A stretch of DNA of 64,000 nucleotides from Macrostomum lignano (lineage: Eukaryota): contig NIVC01002976.1 of assembly GCA_002269645.1 (NCBI GenBank), positions 63,980-127,979 of the forward strand. Direction: 5' to 3'. A model generated the notes under the pieces. The model searched no databases, was not told the origin of the DNA, and was given only the letters and a program-made list of their open reading frames with translations. The position numbers and the translations under genes are program-made. Below are positions 32,890-46,500 of the stretch, piece by piece (positions within the stretch are counted from its first letter, which is position 1; each line of letters starts with the position of its first letter).

Positions 32890-35800
32890 TCAGTTGTCCG
32901 CTTCGTAGTACACAGTCTGGAAGAAAAACATTTGCTGGATGTACCTTTAACATTAGCGAAATTCCGTGAATGAAGTATTGAAGTTACAAAGAAGCTGCTC
33001 AACTCACGCTAGGGTCGTTCGGTTTCCCAGCGGCCTGCAGCTCGACACCATCTCTTCGACCGCTAGCGGCAGCTCGATTCCTCTTGAGCACAGCAGCAAC
33101 AGTTGCCACGGCAACTACGGCAAGTGAGCAGCAGACTACAGCAACTGTCGAAGCCGGCGTGACAGTTAATGACCATCTATATACTGCAGCTTTTGCTGAA
33201 AGGAGAAATTGTGTTTTTGGGATTTGGGATGGGATCAATCTCAAACCGACCCAGAAACTTACCGAAAGCATCCTGAAATGTTCTTTTTATCGTTAGAGCT
33301 GGGAATGGGTTGAGAGCATCTGAGTAAGGCTGGCTGAGCTGGCACGTGACCTCAACCTCAGACCGATGCTCGGAAAACCAATGAATGAGTCGCACTCTCC
33401 GAATCCAGCCCCGGTTGCTGTCTGTGCGATAGGGCTCAGGAATTACCTGTCAGTCAGAATGAATAAAAGTGAAGAGCATTAGAATCTGTGGGCCATGCAG
33501 AGTACGAGCTATCAATAAAAAATTCAGAGTTCAAACCGTAAGTCTCTCGCCGTCTGATCTGCCGGAGTTCAGGGTGCACTTCAGAACCGGTTTTGGATTA
33601 CCTTCGCCCGTTTCCACAGTCAGGTTGAGGTCGGACCCGTTCACCAACTGGCCTGACCAGCCGATCCAGTTCGATGGGACTGCGGGAGGATCAGACGTTT
33701 GAATCGGTAGTGCTTTGAAGTCTATGGGCATTAGATACTTGTAGATCAACTTCTATTCAAGTTAAGACCGCTCACAGATCACAGAAATATTCTTCCGGAA
33801 GACTCGGTCTTGCAGTCCATCTTGCTTGACTCTGCAGACTACATGGCCGCCGTTCATCCACTTTTCAACCTTCATGCCGAAGCTGGTCTCGAGCTGGTTC
33901 GCCTCCTTGGCTTGCTTTACAAAACTGTCCAAGCTCACTACGGGACCATCGCCTGTCTGCCGCCAGCACCGGTGACTGGGCTTCGGGTTGCCACCCAGGG
34001 ACTTCACTGAGATCGAGAGGTGCTCGCCCTCTCTCAGTAGTTGCAGCCGAGTAGCAGTCCATTGAGTTTTTGCTTCATCTGAAAGAAATGAGCAGCCTTA
34101 ATTGGCAGATGTGCAACCGACAGCTCAGCCGCAGCTATTGCGCGGCGCATCTGAAGGCTGCGTACGGCTGCTCAGTCCAAGGACTGGGGGGGGGGGTCCG
34201 CCACACACACCCTCAATTACCCCAGCTAATGCTGGCACCCATTTTACAGCTGGGAGAACTGAAGCAATGCAGAGTTGAGCGTCTTGCTCAAGGACACAAA
34301 CTGTTCGTCGTGGATCGGGAATCGAACCCCCGACCCATCAGTCGTGAGTCCGACGCTCCAACCGCTAGGCTACAATCTCCTTTTTCTATATACTATGTAC
34401 AAGCCCTAAAGTACTATGTCCTATTTAAAAGCTGAGCTTAATACAAATTCGGTAAGAGCTTTTAGCTACTCACATAGGACATTGAGCATCTCACTGCTCA
34501 CTAGTAAATTAAAAACAGTGAAACCGTTCGGAGCAATTTGGACAATTTGACATTTGATCCGCATTCCATTGTCACTGGCAGCAGGTGTGAATCTCCAAGT
34601 CGATGAGTTGTTGTTGGAAGCTGGGGTCTAAAAGTTTTGATATATTGCATTACTTTTACGATTATCTGCTCCGATCATTCTGGTGCAATTTCTACGTACC
34701 GCTTGTTGAAGCGTCCTCTCAGCCAGGTGACAAAGGTGTCGAGCTGGTGGATTTCCCGAATCCGATGTCTGCAGGGTGAAACTCACAGCAGATCCGCTCA
34801 GAATTCGAGCTGAGGACAGTCTGATCGATGCGTTTCGGATCGCATCTGCGTGTGTTCAAATTTTTTTAACAGCTTATGATAATGTAGGCTTAAAACTTAA
34901 GATAAATGTGCAACTTACAGAACACATCAAGAGTCGTGTTTATCCATTGCGCCAACTTGTCATCCTGCTCAAATGCACAGCTGAGAGTTTTTCTGTTGTA
35001 CTTTCGTGTTATCGCATTCAGCATGAATTGCTTTTCAAACCGGTCCGGTGCTAGAGACGCATTAGATGGTGCAGTTTCCTGTCAATGGAGAAGTTTTCGT
35101 GAATAATGAGGTTACAATAAACGAAAACATACTTTAATAACATCTGGGTAAAAGCAAACCTGAAGCAGGGTCCCTCCAGCCCAGCAGGTGACATTTCTCA
35201 CGGGTGGTCTGCCACCAACTGACACTGCTGTGATGGTTAAATTGTCGCCTTCAGTAATGAATGCACTGGGACTGAACGTCAGTGAGTTGTTGGCCAAGAC
35301 TGAAAATTGGAATGAAGGTTTTAGAATTTTATGCTTAATGTCATCGATTGGTAATTTTTGCGGCCAATCTTTCTGTAGAAATTTTCTTTGTTATAAGGCT
35401 GATGAAAGAGGGTCAAATCCGGATCAATCACTTATCAGTAATCGATTACCAATGTCAATTACGCAAGTAGTTTAGATTACTAATAATAATGCAATATAAT
35501 AATAAGAAGTGCAACCGACAGCTCAGCTGCAGCCATTGCGCGGCGCATCTGAAGGCTGCGTACGGCTGTCCAGTCCAAGGACTGGGGGGGGGGGGTCGCC
35601 ACACACCCCCTAAGTTACCCCATCTGGGTGAACTGAAGCAATGTAGAGTTTGCACAAGGACACAAATTGTTCCTAGTCGGTAGAGAATCGAACCCCCGAC
35701 CTTTAAGTCGTAAGTCCGACGCTCTAACCACTAGGGTACAACCTCTCAAATTACAAAAGAAAAATTTGCGAAAGGCATATACTATGTATGATACTCATAG

Positions 35801-38800
35801 ATATCGCAGGCTTAGAAATAATACTTACATTAACCATAGCTTTAACATACAAGTAGGTTCGTATTTTGTCAGAATCAAAAAACTTACGAAAAAGTTCGAC
35901 TCGGCCGCTGCTAAAAGTCTGATTGAATAAAGTCGAACCATCTTTGGCAGTTTGAACGATTTTGCAGTAGACTTTCTGTCCAGAGTCATCGGTAGGGAAG
36001 TTCCACGTCCAGAGTGATGACGCATTCCGACATGTCGAAGGCTGAAACCCGTTTTGGATGCTGAGAGCGAAAATAAGAAAGGTACAGCACTGTTAAAATG
36101 GTTTTCCCTACCTTTAAAAGATTGAGAATCCTTCCAGAAGCAGAGCAGCTGTGCAGAGCCGGAGGATTTCCGCAGTCAGAGGCGAGCAGCAGAATTTCAG
36201 CTGAGGAATTCGCTCGGATCTGCGGTGCGGCCAGCCTGATGGAGGCGCTCCGCACGGGGTCTGTGGTAATTTAAGTTGCATATACAGTAAGGCTGCATAT
36301 TGCTATCAATTGTTGCGTCCAGTATGGCTATGCATCGTTGCCTTGCAGAGATAGGAGACTACACTCTTAGGCGTACCTTACACTCATAATCATGAGTAAT
36401 TAGCAGGTCAGCTCCGTGGCCTCTTACTCATACTTGTAGCAACTCTTTACTGTCTACTGCAGCATACCAGCGTATTAATTAGCATTAGATCTCATTGCGT
36501 CCTGCACCTCTAACTTTTACTTCACAAATATCACTATGTATGTACATAAATTAAATTTTAAACTTTAAAATTAAAATAAATCATGCTAATTTTTAATAGT
36601 GTAGTTTAAGGCGGTTTACAGCATCTAATTTGTTTCAAACTTTCTTCTGGCTGTCTTGGTGGTGATGGGTGAGCGTGTGAGCGGGTCTGCTGCTTAGCTT
36701 TTTCATGTGATCATTTTTAAATCAAGTTTTGCTTTGCTTGAATCAGCGATTCGGCAAGCAAATATTCATGAAGTGACTCACACAGAGCAGCTGGTAGTGG
36801 ATGCCGGGCCCAGGTCTCGATCAGTCCCGACTGATTCACCAGACACGCAACGGATGCCCTGCTGCCCCACCGTCTGCTCACAGTTACTGAGAATGTGCTG
36901 CTCAAGTTTGTGCTCTGAAGTGAGTTCAGCCCATGCTGTTTTCTGCGGGTTTCGCAACTCAGCTGCAAAACTGTAAAATACTCACCGAGACAATCCGCAG
37001 TGTCGAGTTCGGGACTCCCTCTGACTGCAGAAAGCAGCTATGACTGGTTGTCGCCCAGTTCCCTTGAGATGAGTCGGCTGTCAGATTGACAGTCGCTCCG
37101 TCTATCCAGTTGGAGTCTGGCGGAAGCAGAAACCGAGTCCTGCAGGGCTCTGGAAAGGTTCGAGACGTTGGTGGGATGAGAATTGTTGTTGCGTGAATCA
37201 GCAGTGAGAGCTGACTCACCCTTTATTTCAGGTATGCGAGCTGACACTGTTGTTATGGTCTGATTGTTGCACTCGAGGCTGCAAAATAATGTTCCGCCCT
37301 GATAGCTCAGCGATACTGGAACGCTGAAGTACGAGATGAGATCAAAGCTCGCATTGCTGCTCCTTGTGGTGAGTTTCTGAAATTCAAAATGCCAAATAAT
37401 TATTCGGTTTAGCTTGTGAAAGATTGCTCCACGGTAAAGTGAAAGATTTAGTGTGTCTTTAAAAACGAGAACATGAAAGTTTCTTCTCACTTCCGAGATC
37501 GGCCTTAGTTCTTTAACATTACTCATCGAATTGAATACAGAAATTGCCACCGAACACTTGTGCACAGGCATTGGAAACGAGCCTTGAGTGATGAATGTGA
37601 AAACTGCAGTACTGTTGACCACCCAGTGCTTAGTGAAGCCAAGGTTCAGCTGAATGGACGATGGGATTTCTGGAATGTTTAGAGCTGTTGCACATACTCT
37701 GGAGCCAAGCAGCTAGCTACTTCCCCAAAAATTCCCCAGAACACAAACAGCTCGCTACTTCCCCAAAATTCCCCAGAACACAAACAGCTCGCTACTTCCC
37801 CAAAATAATTCCCCAGAACACAAACAGCTCGCTACTTCCCCAAAAAGTCCCCAGAACACAAACAGCTCGCTACTTCCCCAAAATAATTCCCCCAGAACAC
37901 AAACAGCTCGCTACTTCCCCAAAATAATTCCCCCAGAACACAAACAGCTCGCTACTTCCCCAAAAAATTCCCCAGAACACAAACAGCTCGCTACTTCCCC
38001 AACAAATCCCCAGAATAGAGTCAACGCCCCACATTCAGAACTCACTGATCGACTTCCAACCGCGGAGTCCCAACGTCTGTGAAGTCACCGCCAGAGTGCC
38101 ATCAGTGCAGCTGTGCCGGCACTGCAGTGACGCACCGTGCATATCCCAAGTCATGGTAATGTCGTTCAGAATCAGGAAGCTGGGTCTATAAGTCTTCTGT
38201 AAGATTGAAGGGAAACTTTAATGTAATACTGTTTTACATCTTACACTGTAATTTGATTTCGATTCAGTCCTTACGATTCTCAGGGCCGTGACGTCACCGC
38301 TACGGGTTCTGATGCTGCAGTTCACCGAGTCAGGCTTCTCTGTCTTGCATGGCAGCGACTCTTTAACCATCACCTTGTCGTTTAGCGTCAGTTTTGACAA
38401 TTGTTCAACAGAGCACCTTTGTCTGCCTTCTGGCTTGCAAAAGTATTCTCTAAAGCAGCCAGACTCCTGTGCTTCATCTTGTTCATCTTCCTCAAGTTCC
38501 ACCATCACGAAGTTCATGTACTTGTCGGCTGCATTGGCAACGAATTTCCTCAGCAACACGAACCTCGGCAGCTGCAATGGGATTCAAAAGTGAGCACAGC
38601 GAGTTCGAATATCGAATGGATTCAGTAAGCGGGTGCCAAACCTTTGAATAATTCCGAGTTGCGCAGGTCATTTTGTATGAAAAGTTCGAGTTGCCAAAGT
38701 TTCCAGTGACTCCGCACAGGTAAAATTCGATCAGACTGTGGTTGAAACTCGCGATGCAGTCAAGTGGATTCTCAGTCAGACCTGCTGGCATCTGGTGGCC

Positions 38801-39683
38801 GAGCAGAACCTCGATGCCCTGGGCCCTGACTTTTTCTGAAACTTTAGCTATATAATCAGGTATTATGTAAACTGGCTGTTCATTTGAATATTTAGTTTAA
38901 ACAGCCACTTGAAATTGACAACTCACCGACATTCCTTCGGTGGACAATCACAGAGCGCACTGAAACACATCGAGCAAGTTTCACAAGCAGCCACTGGTAG
39001 CCAGAAGCATCTGGAGTGTTGCTGGAGTGAAAATAGTCCCATTGCCATGGTCTGGCTGATGAGTCACGGAAGCAGCCTTGTCTGTTGTATGCGGAAGATT
39101 GCCAGGCGTCAGAAATCTCCTTGGCTGTTATGTTGACGCCAACGCCTGCAGCATTGTTAGGTGAGTTGTGATGACCTTGGATTTCTTGATGGCGAAGTCG
39201 TTCTTCCCTATCGCTGCATAATGGCCCCGAGAGTCTCTTCGATGTCAGTCTCGCCCTACCATGTCCCCGACTCGCCCTTTCATATCCTCGACTCGCCCTT
39301 CCATATCCTGACTCGCCCTTCCATATCCCCGACTCGCTCTTCCAAATCCCGGACTCGCCCTTCCATATCCCCGACTCGCTCTTCCACATCCCGACTCGCC
39401 CTTCCATAACCCTGACTCGCCCTTCCATATTCCCGACTCGCCCTTCCATATCCCCGACTCGCCCTTCCATATCCCCGACTCGCCCTTCCATATCCCCGAC
39501 TCGCTCTTCCAAATCCCGGACTCGCCCTTCCACATCCCGGCGTCACCCTTAAATATCTGTTGTGCTGGTCAATACGAAATTCTGGTCTCAAGTTAAGCAA
39601 TCATATGTTGATAAGTACTCACAGTATCCAACGCAGCACAAGGTGCATATGAAGAAAATTACCAGGTTCACAGAGAAATCCAT
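32890..39683 (-). CDS. Receptor B: signal peptide, F-type-lectin-like domain, about 8 Ig-like modules, TM and Tyr tail
   Basis: Signal exon 39683-39623 (MDFSVNLVIFFICTLCCVGY). Lectin-like exons 39145-38927 (AWQSSAY..FHS..WLLVKL..VIVHRRNV), 38835-38642 (EKVRAQGIEVLLG) and from 38571 (LPRFVLLR..MNFVMVE). The first six junctions were checked and are in phase. TM exon about 33200-33005; last exon 32916-32890 TVYYEADN*. Confidence 0.75.
34107..34378 (-). mobile_element. tRNA-derived SINE copy
   Basis: Reverse complement of the 19982-20250 family. Confidence 0.85.
35481..35743 (-). mobile_element. tRNA-derived SINE copy with (TTA)n-like tail
   Basis: Same family, internally shortened. Confidence 0.85.
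37710..38015. repeat. 38-41-bp minisatellite CAGCTCGCTACTTCCCCAAAAATTCCCCAGAACACAAA
   Basis: About 7 units in an intron of receptor B; not seen in paralog C. Confidence 0.9.
39255..39540. repeat. 21-bp minisatellite CCCGACTCGCCCTTCCATATC
   Basis: About 13 units with single-base indels in receptor B intron 1. Confidence 0.88.
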
Positions 39684-40608
39684 TCTGACTTCTCGTTGTG
39701 TATCGGATTTTTTGCACTGGGTTTCTGCTATGTGGCTACGCTGTAATCGCTTCAGTCTCAAAAAACTTTTTTCAAAAAAATGGGACTTTGGAATGCTTTG
39801 AAAATACGGCAATACACTTTACGATGCTGCGACGTAAATCGTTATTTTTCAGACATAGTTGTACGTGCTATTAATTAGTTTTTACAGTTTGGTTGAATTT
39901 TACTTGTCATGGAACTCTGCTTACTCTCACATTTGCGCAGCACTGTACGCTCTCACTTTTCATTGGTTAAACTTGAAAAAGATGTGTAAAATTCTGCCAA
40001 TTGCTTTTTGCAGCGATGTTCAAGTATGACAAATTTGCCTCAACAGCTCAGAGACGAAGACAAAGACACCAGCAGATATAAGTTCGCACTCTTTTACTTT
40101 AATTTGACTCAGCTGCAGGGTCTCCGTCGGTCCGGATGCAGCAAGGAGGCTTTGGCGTCCATGCCGATAACCCCTGCCAACCACGGACAGCTGGTGCTGC
40201 GGTGTCGCGCAGGAAGACCCTGCATGGTCGGTGTCCCCTCCGGAGAGACCAGGAGGTGGATGGTCGATCGCCCGGTAGCCCTTAGGTAGCGGACGAGCTG
40301 GCAGAGATTCTCGGGCCTGAAAACTTCGGAGAGGTCCGGGTTTGGACCGAGGTAGGTGAGCCTGTCCTTGGAGGGAACAAAACAGACAGTTCAGCCAATG
40401 CCACACTTGTTGTGAGTATTTACATATTTATGCTTGTGAAATAAATAGATAACAATATGAAAATGAAACTTCGAATATGTGATGAAAAAAAATGATTTTT
40501 ACTATCTTAGTTTTAAACGCCAGTTGTTATAGACCATGTCACTCTTTAATTTTGATGAGTGCCTACTCCTAGTAGTCTATGGCAGCTCTGTCTGCTTTTG
40601 AATTCCAG

Positions 40609-40871
40609 CGAGTCCCAGCGCTGTCCAGTTGGCGGCAGTCGGTGGCGGCTTGGCTACCGTGGCTGCCGCAGTCTGCGCTCTGGTAGCCGCGGCTGTGTGG
40701 AGACGAAGGCGCTCCGCCAACGAAACAGGCGCTGCCGATGAAAGGGAAGTTACGAAGGTGAGTTTGTCGTTAATACAAGAGTTTCTAAATCTGGTCTGTG
40801 GCTTCCATTTTTGTTTAGCGATAATCGGTTTTTTATTACAATTGCAGAAGTACAAATATGAGGATGCCTGA
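40609..40871 (+). pseudogene. Duplicated TM and tail exons of receptor A with no recognisable ectodomain exons upstream
   Basis: Exons 40609-40757 and 40848-40871 are near-identical to 25917-26065 and 26156-26179; splice sites and frame are intact. Confidence 0.55.
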
Positions 40872-41125
40872 CACGAAATTGATTCGAGACTTCATGAAGC
40901 TTAAATTGAAACTGGACATTGTTGATGCCTTATCGAGGAAAACGCTTGCAATATGTCGCATATTCTGAATATTTAATAACACTTTTTAAGAGGCTTGTAA
41001 ACTCAAACTGAAGCTTAGTGATCCAGGCTAAATTCTCTTCATTTTTAAACCGCCTCAAACACTTTTACTCATGTCTATCTACTCGTATTACTTTCCTACC
41101 TTATTTATTCATGTACCAGCTACAT

Positions 41126-42012
41126 CAGAGGTCGGCAATTTTTTTTACATCAAGAGCCAGATATTAAATCCAGCTCATGGCTTCGGGCCAGATGAGAGAG
41201 GAAAGGGGAGAGAATACAAAATTTGAAATGAGAGGGGAGAGGAAGGGCGAGAGATGGGTTGAGAGAAAAGATACGATAGAGGATAAGAGGAGAAAAGATT
41301 GAAGAGAGAGAAGAGAATAGGAGAATAGAGAGGAGATAAGAGAAGGGGAGAAGGAGAGGGCAGAAGGAAGAGGAGAGAAGAGAGGGGAGAAGAGACGGGG
41401 GAGAAGAGAGGGGAGAGAAAAGAGAGGTGAGAAGAGAGGGGAGAAGAGAGGGGAGAAGAGAGGAGAGAGAAGAGAAGGAGAGAAGAGAGAGGAGAAGAGA
41501 TGGGAGAAGAGAGAGTAGAGAAGAGAGGAGAGAGAAGAGAAGGAGAGAAGAGAGAGGAGAAGAGATGCGAGAAGAGAGAGTAGAGAAGAGAGAGGAGAAG
41601 AGAGGGGAGAGAAGAGAGAGGAGAGAATAGAGGGGAGGAGAGATGAGAGAGAAGAGAGAGATGCGAAGAGAGGGGAGAGAAGAGAGAGCAGAGAAGAGAG
41701 AGGAGAGAAGAGAGAGGAGAGAAGAGAAGGGAGAAGAGAAAGAGAGCAGAGAAGAGAGGGGAGAGAAGAGAAGGGAAAAGAGAAAGAGAGCTGAGAAGAG
41801 AGGGGAGAGAAGAGAAGGGAGAAGAGAAAGAGAGCAGAGAAGAGAGGGGAGAGAAGAGAAGGGAGAAGAGAAAGAGAGCTGAGAAGAGAGGGGAGAGAAG
41901 AGAAGGGAGAAGAGAAAGACAGCTGAGAAGAGAGAGAAAGAGGATTGCTATTGTGAAGTCCGGGGGCCGGATCGAGAAGCTTCGCCCTCGGGCCGGAGTT
42001 TGCAGACCCCTG
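41126..42012. mobile_element. hAT-like MITE, duplicate of 26440-27006
   Basis: Same flanks and TIRs; longer GA-rich interior. Confidence 0.7.
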
Positions 42013-43107
42013 ATTCATACGGATCGCTCCGAGTTGAAGATATTTCTGGCTTTGTGTCTTTTATGCCATATTTAATTAACTGAATTCCTGTTTCGAATTA
42101 AAATCTATCCATACTCGTCAAAGTACTTGGAGTTTGACCGAAAGTATTCGACTGCATTGAAACAACATTTAGTAAGCTGTACCTGCTTTACAATGAATGT
42201 TTGTAGAATATAGGCTAAATTGGCTACTTTCAATGGCGTGTTTAGCGAATTATTGAAATTATTGAAAAAAATTTTGCTAGACTGTCGACAGAACTTGAAG
42301 TCGATAAACAAATACTCGAATTCGCAAAGTAAAATGCAGATAGCAAGACTTCGCAAAGATGGAAAATTTTGATTTATAAAATATTAAAAAGGGCCTATTA
42401 GATATGTATATAGTTATGTATTGCTACATCAATTTTCTTTTTAATTTCTCCTGACGATACTGAGTTCCTTATCATCATTGAACGATATGTTAGCTAATTT
42501 TATTATTAATAAACTTGAGGATATGAAAGTTATTTTGAAAGTCATGTAGCCTATCGAAAGCTTACTTGACGTTTATATAACCGAACTTATCATTAAATTA
42601 GCATAATTAGATTATGCTGACTATTCAAATACATTCAGTTGTCATATTTTGATGCAGATCAGGACTGATTTGGCAGGAAATAGCAGAACTTCGCAATATT
42701 AATCTAACGGAAGACCCAATTTTTATAAACAAAAACTTTCCCACCACAGCGAATAGTTGTTAGTTGGAAATACAAATGTTAAAATTCCGAGCTGTGGTTG
42801 GAAACTCTGTGGTTAAATAGATCTGCTAACTTATCTTTAGCTGCCTTCGACGTGTATTGGAATTTACAAATTTATACTCCAAATAATAATTAAATTGTTG
42901 ATTTTTCGTACATTTTGAATTATATTATATTTGTAGTTTACCAATCAAAAAGCATATAGGATTCGCAAGGATCCAACACTTTTTAATACTCGTAGCTTCG
43001 CTTATAATAACTAAAGCTATTTAATCAGTTCATAATAACTAGACAGTTGCTGCAACACAGTAACTCTGAAAAGTAATGTTTTAATTAATTGGTTTAATGA
43101 TTTACAT

Positions 43108-43330
43108 TAGCAGTTGACAAACTTTTTACCTCAAATGCCAAAGGAGAGGAGAGAAAGGAGAGGCGAGAAGGGAGAGGAGAGAAGGGAGAGGAGAGAAAGG
43201 AGAGGAGAGAAGAGAGAATAGAGCAGAGAAGAGACACAAACCTTATGCGGGCCGGATTGCTATTGTGAAGTTTTTAAGGACCCGAGGGCCGGATGGAAAG
43301 GCTTGACGAGCCGGAGTTAGCCAACCTCTG
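43108..43330. mobile_element. hAT-like MITE, duplicate of 31104-32659 with a short array
   Basis: Same ends; purine array is only about 90 bp. Confidence 0.65.
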
Positions 43331-43514
43331 GTTAATCATATTTTAATGATTTACGTGATTTAATGTTTTTGCGTGCTAAACATTCAGATTCTGATTAAAC
43401 AAAAACAATTCTGAAATCACAAGAATAAATAAAATATAAATATTAACATGCTAAAACAGAAGAGTTCAGTTTTTATTGTCAGAGTTTAGACACAGAAGCC
43501 AGTTTTTAAGCCAT

Positions 43515-46500
43515 TCAGTTGTCCGCTTCGTAGTACACAGTCTGTAAGAAAAACATTTGCTGGATGTACTTTTAGCATTAGCGAAATTCCGTGAATGAAG
43601 TATTGAAGTTACAAAGAAGCTGTTCAACTCACGCTAGGGTCGTTCGGTTTCCCAGCGGCCTGCAGCTCGACACCTCCTCCTCGACCGCTAGCGGCAGCTC
43701 GAGTCCTCTTGAGCACAGCAGCAACAGTTGCCACGGCAACTACGGCTAGTGAGCAGCAGAGTACAGCAACTGTCGAAGCCGGCGTGACAGTTATTGGCCA
43801 TCTATATACTGCAGCTTTTGCTGAAAGGAGAAATTGTGTTTTTGGGATTTGGGATGGGATCAATCTCAAACCGACCCAGAAACTTACCGAAAGCATCCTG
43901 AAATGTTCTTTTTATCGTTAGAGCTGGGAATGGGTTGAGAACATCTGAGTAAGGCTGGCTGAGCTTGCAAGTGACCTCAACCTCAGTTTGCCGCTCGGAA
44001 AACCGATGAATGAGTCGCACTCTCCGAATCCAGCCCCGGTTGCTGTCTGTGCGATAGGGCTCAGGAATTACCTGTCAGTCAGAATGAATAAAAGTGAAGA
44101 GCATTAGAATCTGTGGGCCATGCAGAGTACGAGCTATCAATAAAAAATGCAGAGTTCAAACCGTAAGTCTCTCGCCGTCTGATCTGCCGGAGTTCAGGGT
44201 GCACTTCAGAACAGGTTTTGGATTACCTTCGCCCGTTTCCACAGTCAGGTTGAGGTCGGACCCGTTCACCAACTGGCCTGACCAGCTGATCCAGTTCGAT
44301 GGGACTGCGGGAGGATCAGACGTTTGAGTCGGTAGTGCTTAGAAGTCTAATGGCATTAGATACTTGTAGATCAACTTATATTCAAGTGAAGAGCGCTCAC
44401 AGATCACAGAAATATTCTTCCGGAAAACTCGATCTTGCAGTCCATCTTGCTTGACTCTGCAGACTACATGGCCGCCGTTCATCCACTTTTCAACCTTCAT
44501 GCCGAAGCTGGTCTCGAGCTGGTTCGCCTCTTTGACTTGCTTTACAAAACTGTCCAAGCTCACTACGAGACCATCGGCTGTCTGCCGCCAGCACCGGTGA
44601 CTGGGCTTCGGGTTGCCACCCAGGGACTTCACGGAGACTGAGAGGTGCTCACCCTCTCTCAGTAGTTGCAGCCGAGTAGCAGTCCATTGAGTTTTTGCTT
44701 CATCTGAAAGAAATGAGCAGCCTTAATTGGCAGATGTGCAACCGACAGCTCAACCGCAGCTATTGCGCGGCGCATCTGAAGGCTGCGTACGGCTGTTCAG
44801 TCCAAGGACTGGGGGGGGGGTCCGCCACACACACCCTCAATTACCTCAGCTAATGCCGGCACCCATTTTACAGCTGGGTGAACTGAAGCAATGCAGAGTT
44901 AAGTGTCTTGCTCAAAGACAAAAATTTTTTCTAGTGGATCGAGGATCGAACCCCCGACCTTACAGTCGTGAGTCCGACGCTCCAAACGCTAGGCTACAAC
45001 CCCATTTGACTTTATACTGTGTACACCCCTAAAGAAGTACTATAGACATGTTCCGTTTAATAGTTAAACTCAATAAAAATTCGGAAAACAAAATTTAAAA
45101 ACTCACACAGCACATTGAGCGTCTCACTGCTCACTAGTAAATTAAAAACAGTGAAACCGTTCGGAGCGATTTGGACAATTTGACATTTGATCCGCATTCC
45201 ATTGTCACTGGCAGCAGGTGTGAATCTCCAAGTCGATGAGTTGTTGTTGGAAGCTGGGATCTAAAAGTTTTGATTTATTGCATTACTTTTACGATTATCT
45301 GCTCCGATCATTCTGTTACAATTTCGACGTACCGCTTGTTGAAGCGTCCTCTCAGCCAGGTGACAAAAGTGTCGAGCTGGTGGATTTCCTGAATCCGATG
45401 TCTGCAGGGTGAAACTCACAGCAGATCCGCTCAGAATTCGAGCTGAGGATAAACTGATCGATGCGTTTCGGATCGCATCTGCGAGGGTTCAAAATTATTT
45501 TAACAGCTTATGATAATGTAGGCTTAAAACTTAAGATAAATGTGCAACTTACAGAACACATCAAGAGTCTTGTTTATCCACTGCGCCAACTTGTCATCCT
45601 GCTCAAATGCACAGCTGAGAGTCCTTCTATTGTACTTGCGTGTTATCGCATTCAGCATGAATTGCTTTTCAAACCGGTCCGGTGCTAGAGACGCATTAGA
45701 TGGTGCAGTTTCCTACCATTGGAGAAGTTTTCGTGAATAATGAGGTTACAGTAAACCAAAACATACTTTAATAACAGCTGGGTAAAGGCAAACCTGAAGC
45801 AGGGTTCCTCCAGCCCAGCAGGTGACATTTCTCACGGGTGGTTTGCCACCGACTGACACCGCTGTGATGGTTAAATTGTCGCCTTCAGTAATGAATGCAC
45901 TGGGACTGAGAGTCAGTGAGTTGTTGGCTAAGACTGAAAATTGGAATGAAGGTCTCAGAATTTTATGCTTAATGTCATCGATTGGTAATTTTTGCGGCCA
46001 ATATTTCTGTAGAAATTTTCTTTGTTATAAGGCTGATGAAAGAGGGTCAAATCCGGATCAATCACTTATCAGTAATCGATTACCAATGTCAATTACGCGA
46101 GTAGTTTAGATTACTAATAATAATGCAATATAATAATAAGAAGTGCAACCGACAGCTCAGCTGCAGCCATTGCGCGGCGCATCTGAAGGCTGCTTACGGC
46201 TGTCCAGTCCAAGGACTGGGGGGGGGGTCGCCACACACACCCTCAGTTACCCCATCTGGGTGAACTGAAGCAATGCAGAGTTTGCACAAGGACACAAATT
46301 GTTCCTAGTCGGTAGAGAATCGAACCCCCAACCTTTCAGTCGTGATTCCGACGCTCTAACCACTAGGATATAACCTCCTCTCAAATTACAAAAGAAAAAT
46401 TTGCGAAAGGCTTATACTATGTATGATACTCATAGATATCGCAGGCTTAGAAATAATACTTACATTAACCATAGATTTAACATACAAGTAGATCGTCTTT

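Noticed and set aside
39245-39564. Coiled-coil (MEGRVGD)n or collagen-like (WKGESGI)n exon in receptor B
   Set aside because: Indels shift frame through all three readings, and exon 1 splices in phase directly to 39145.
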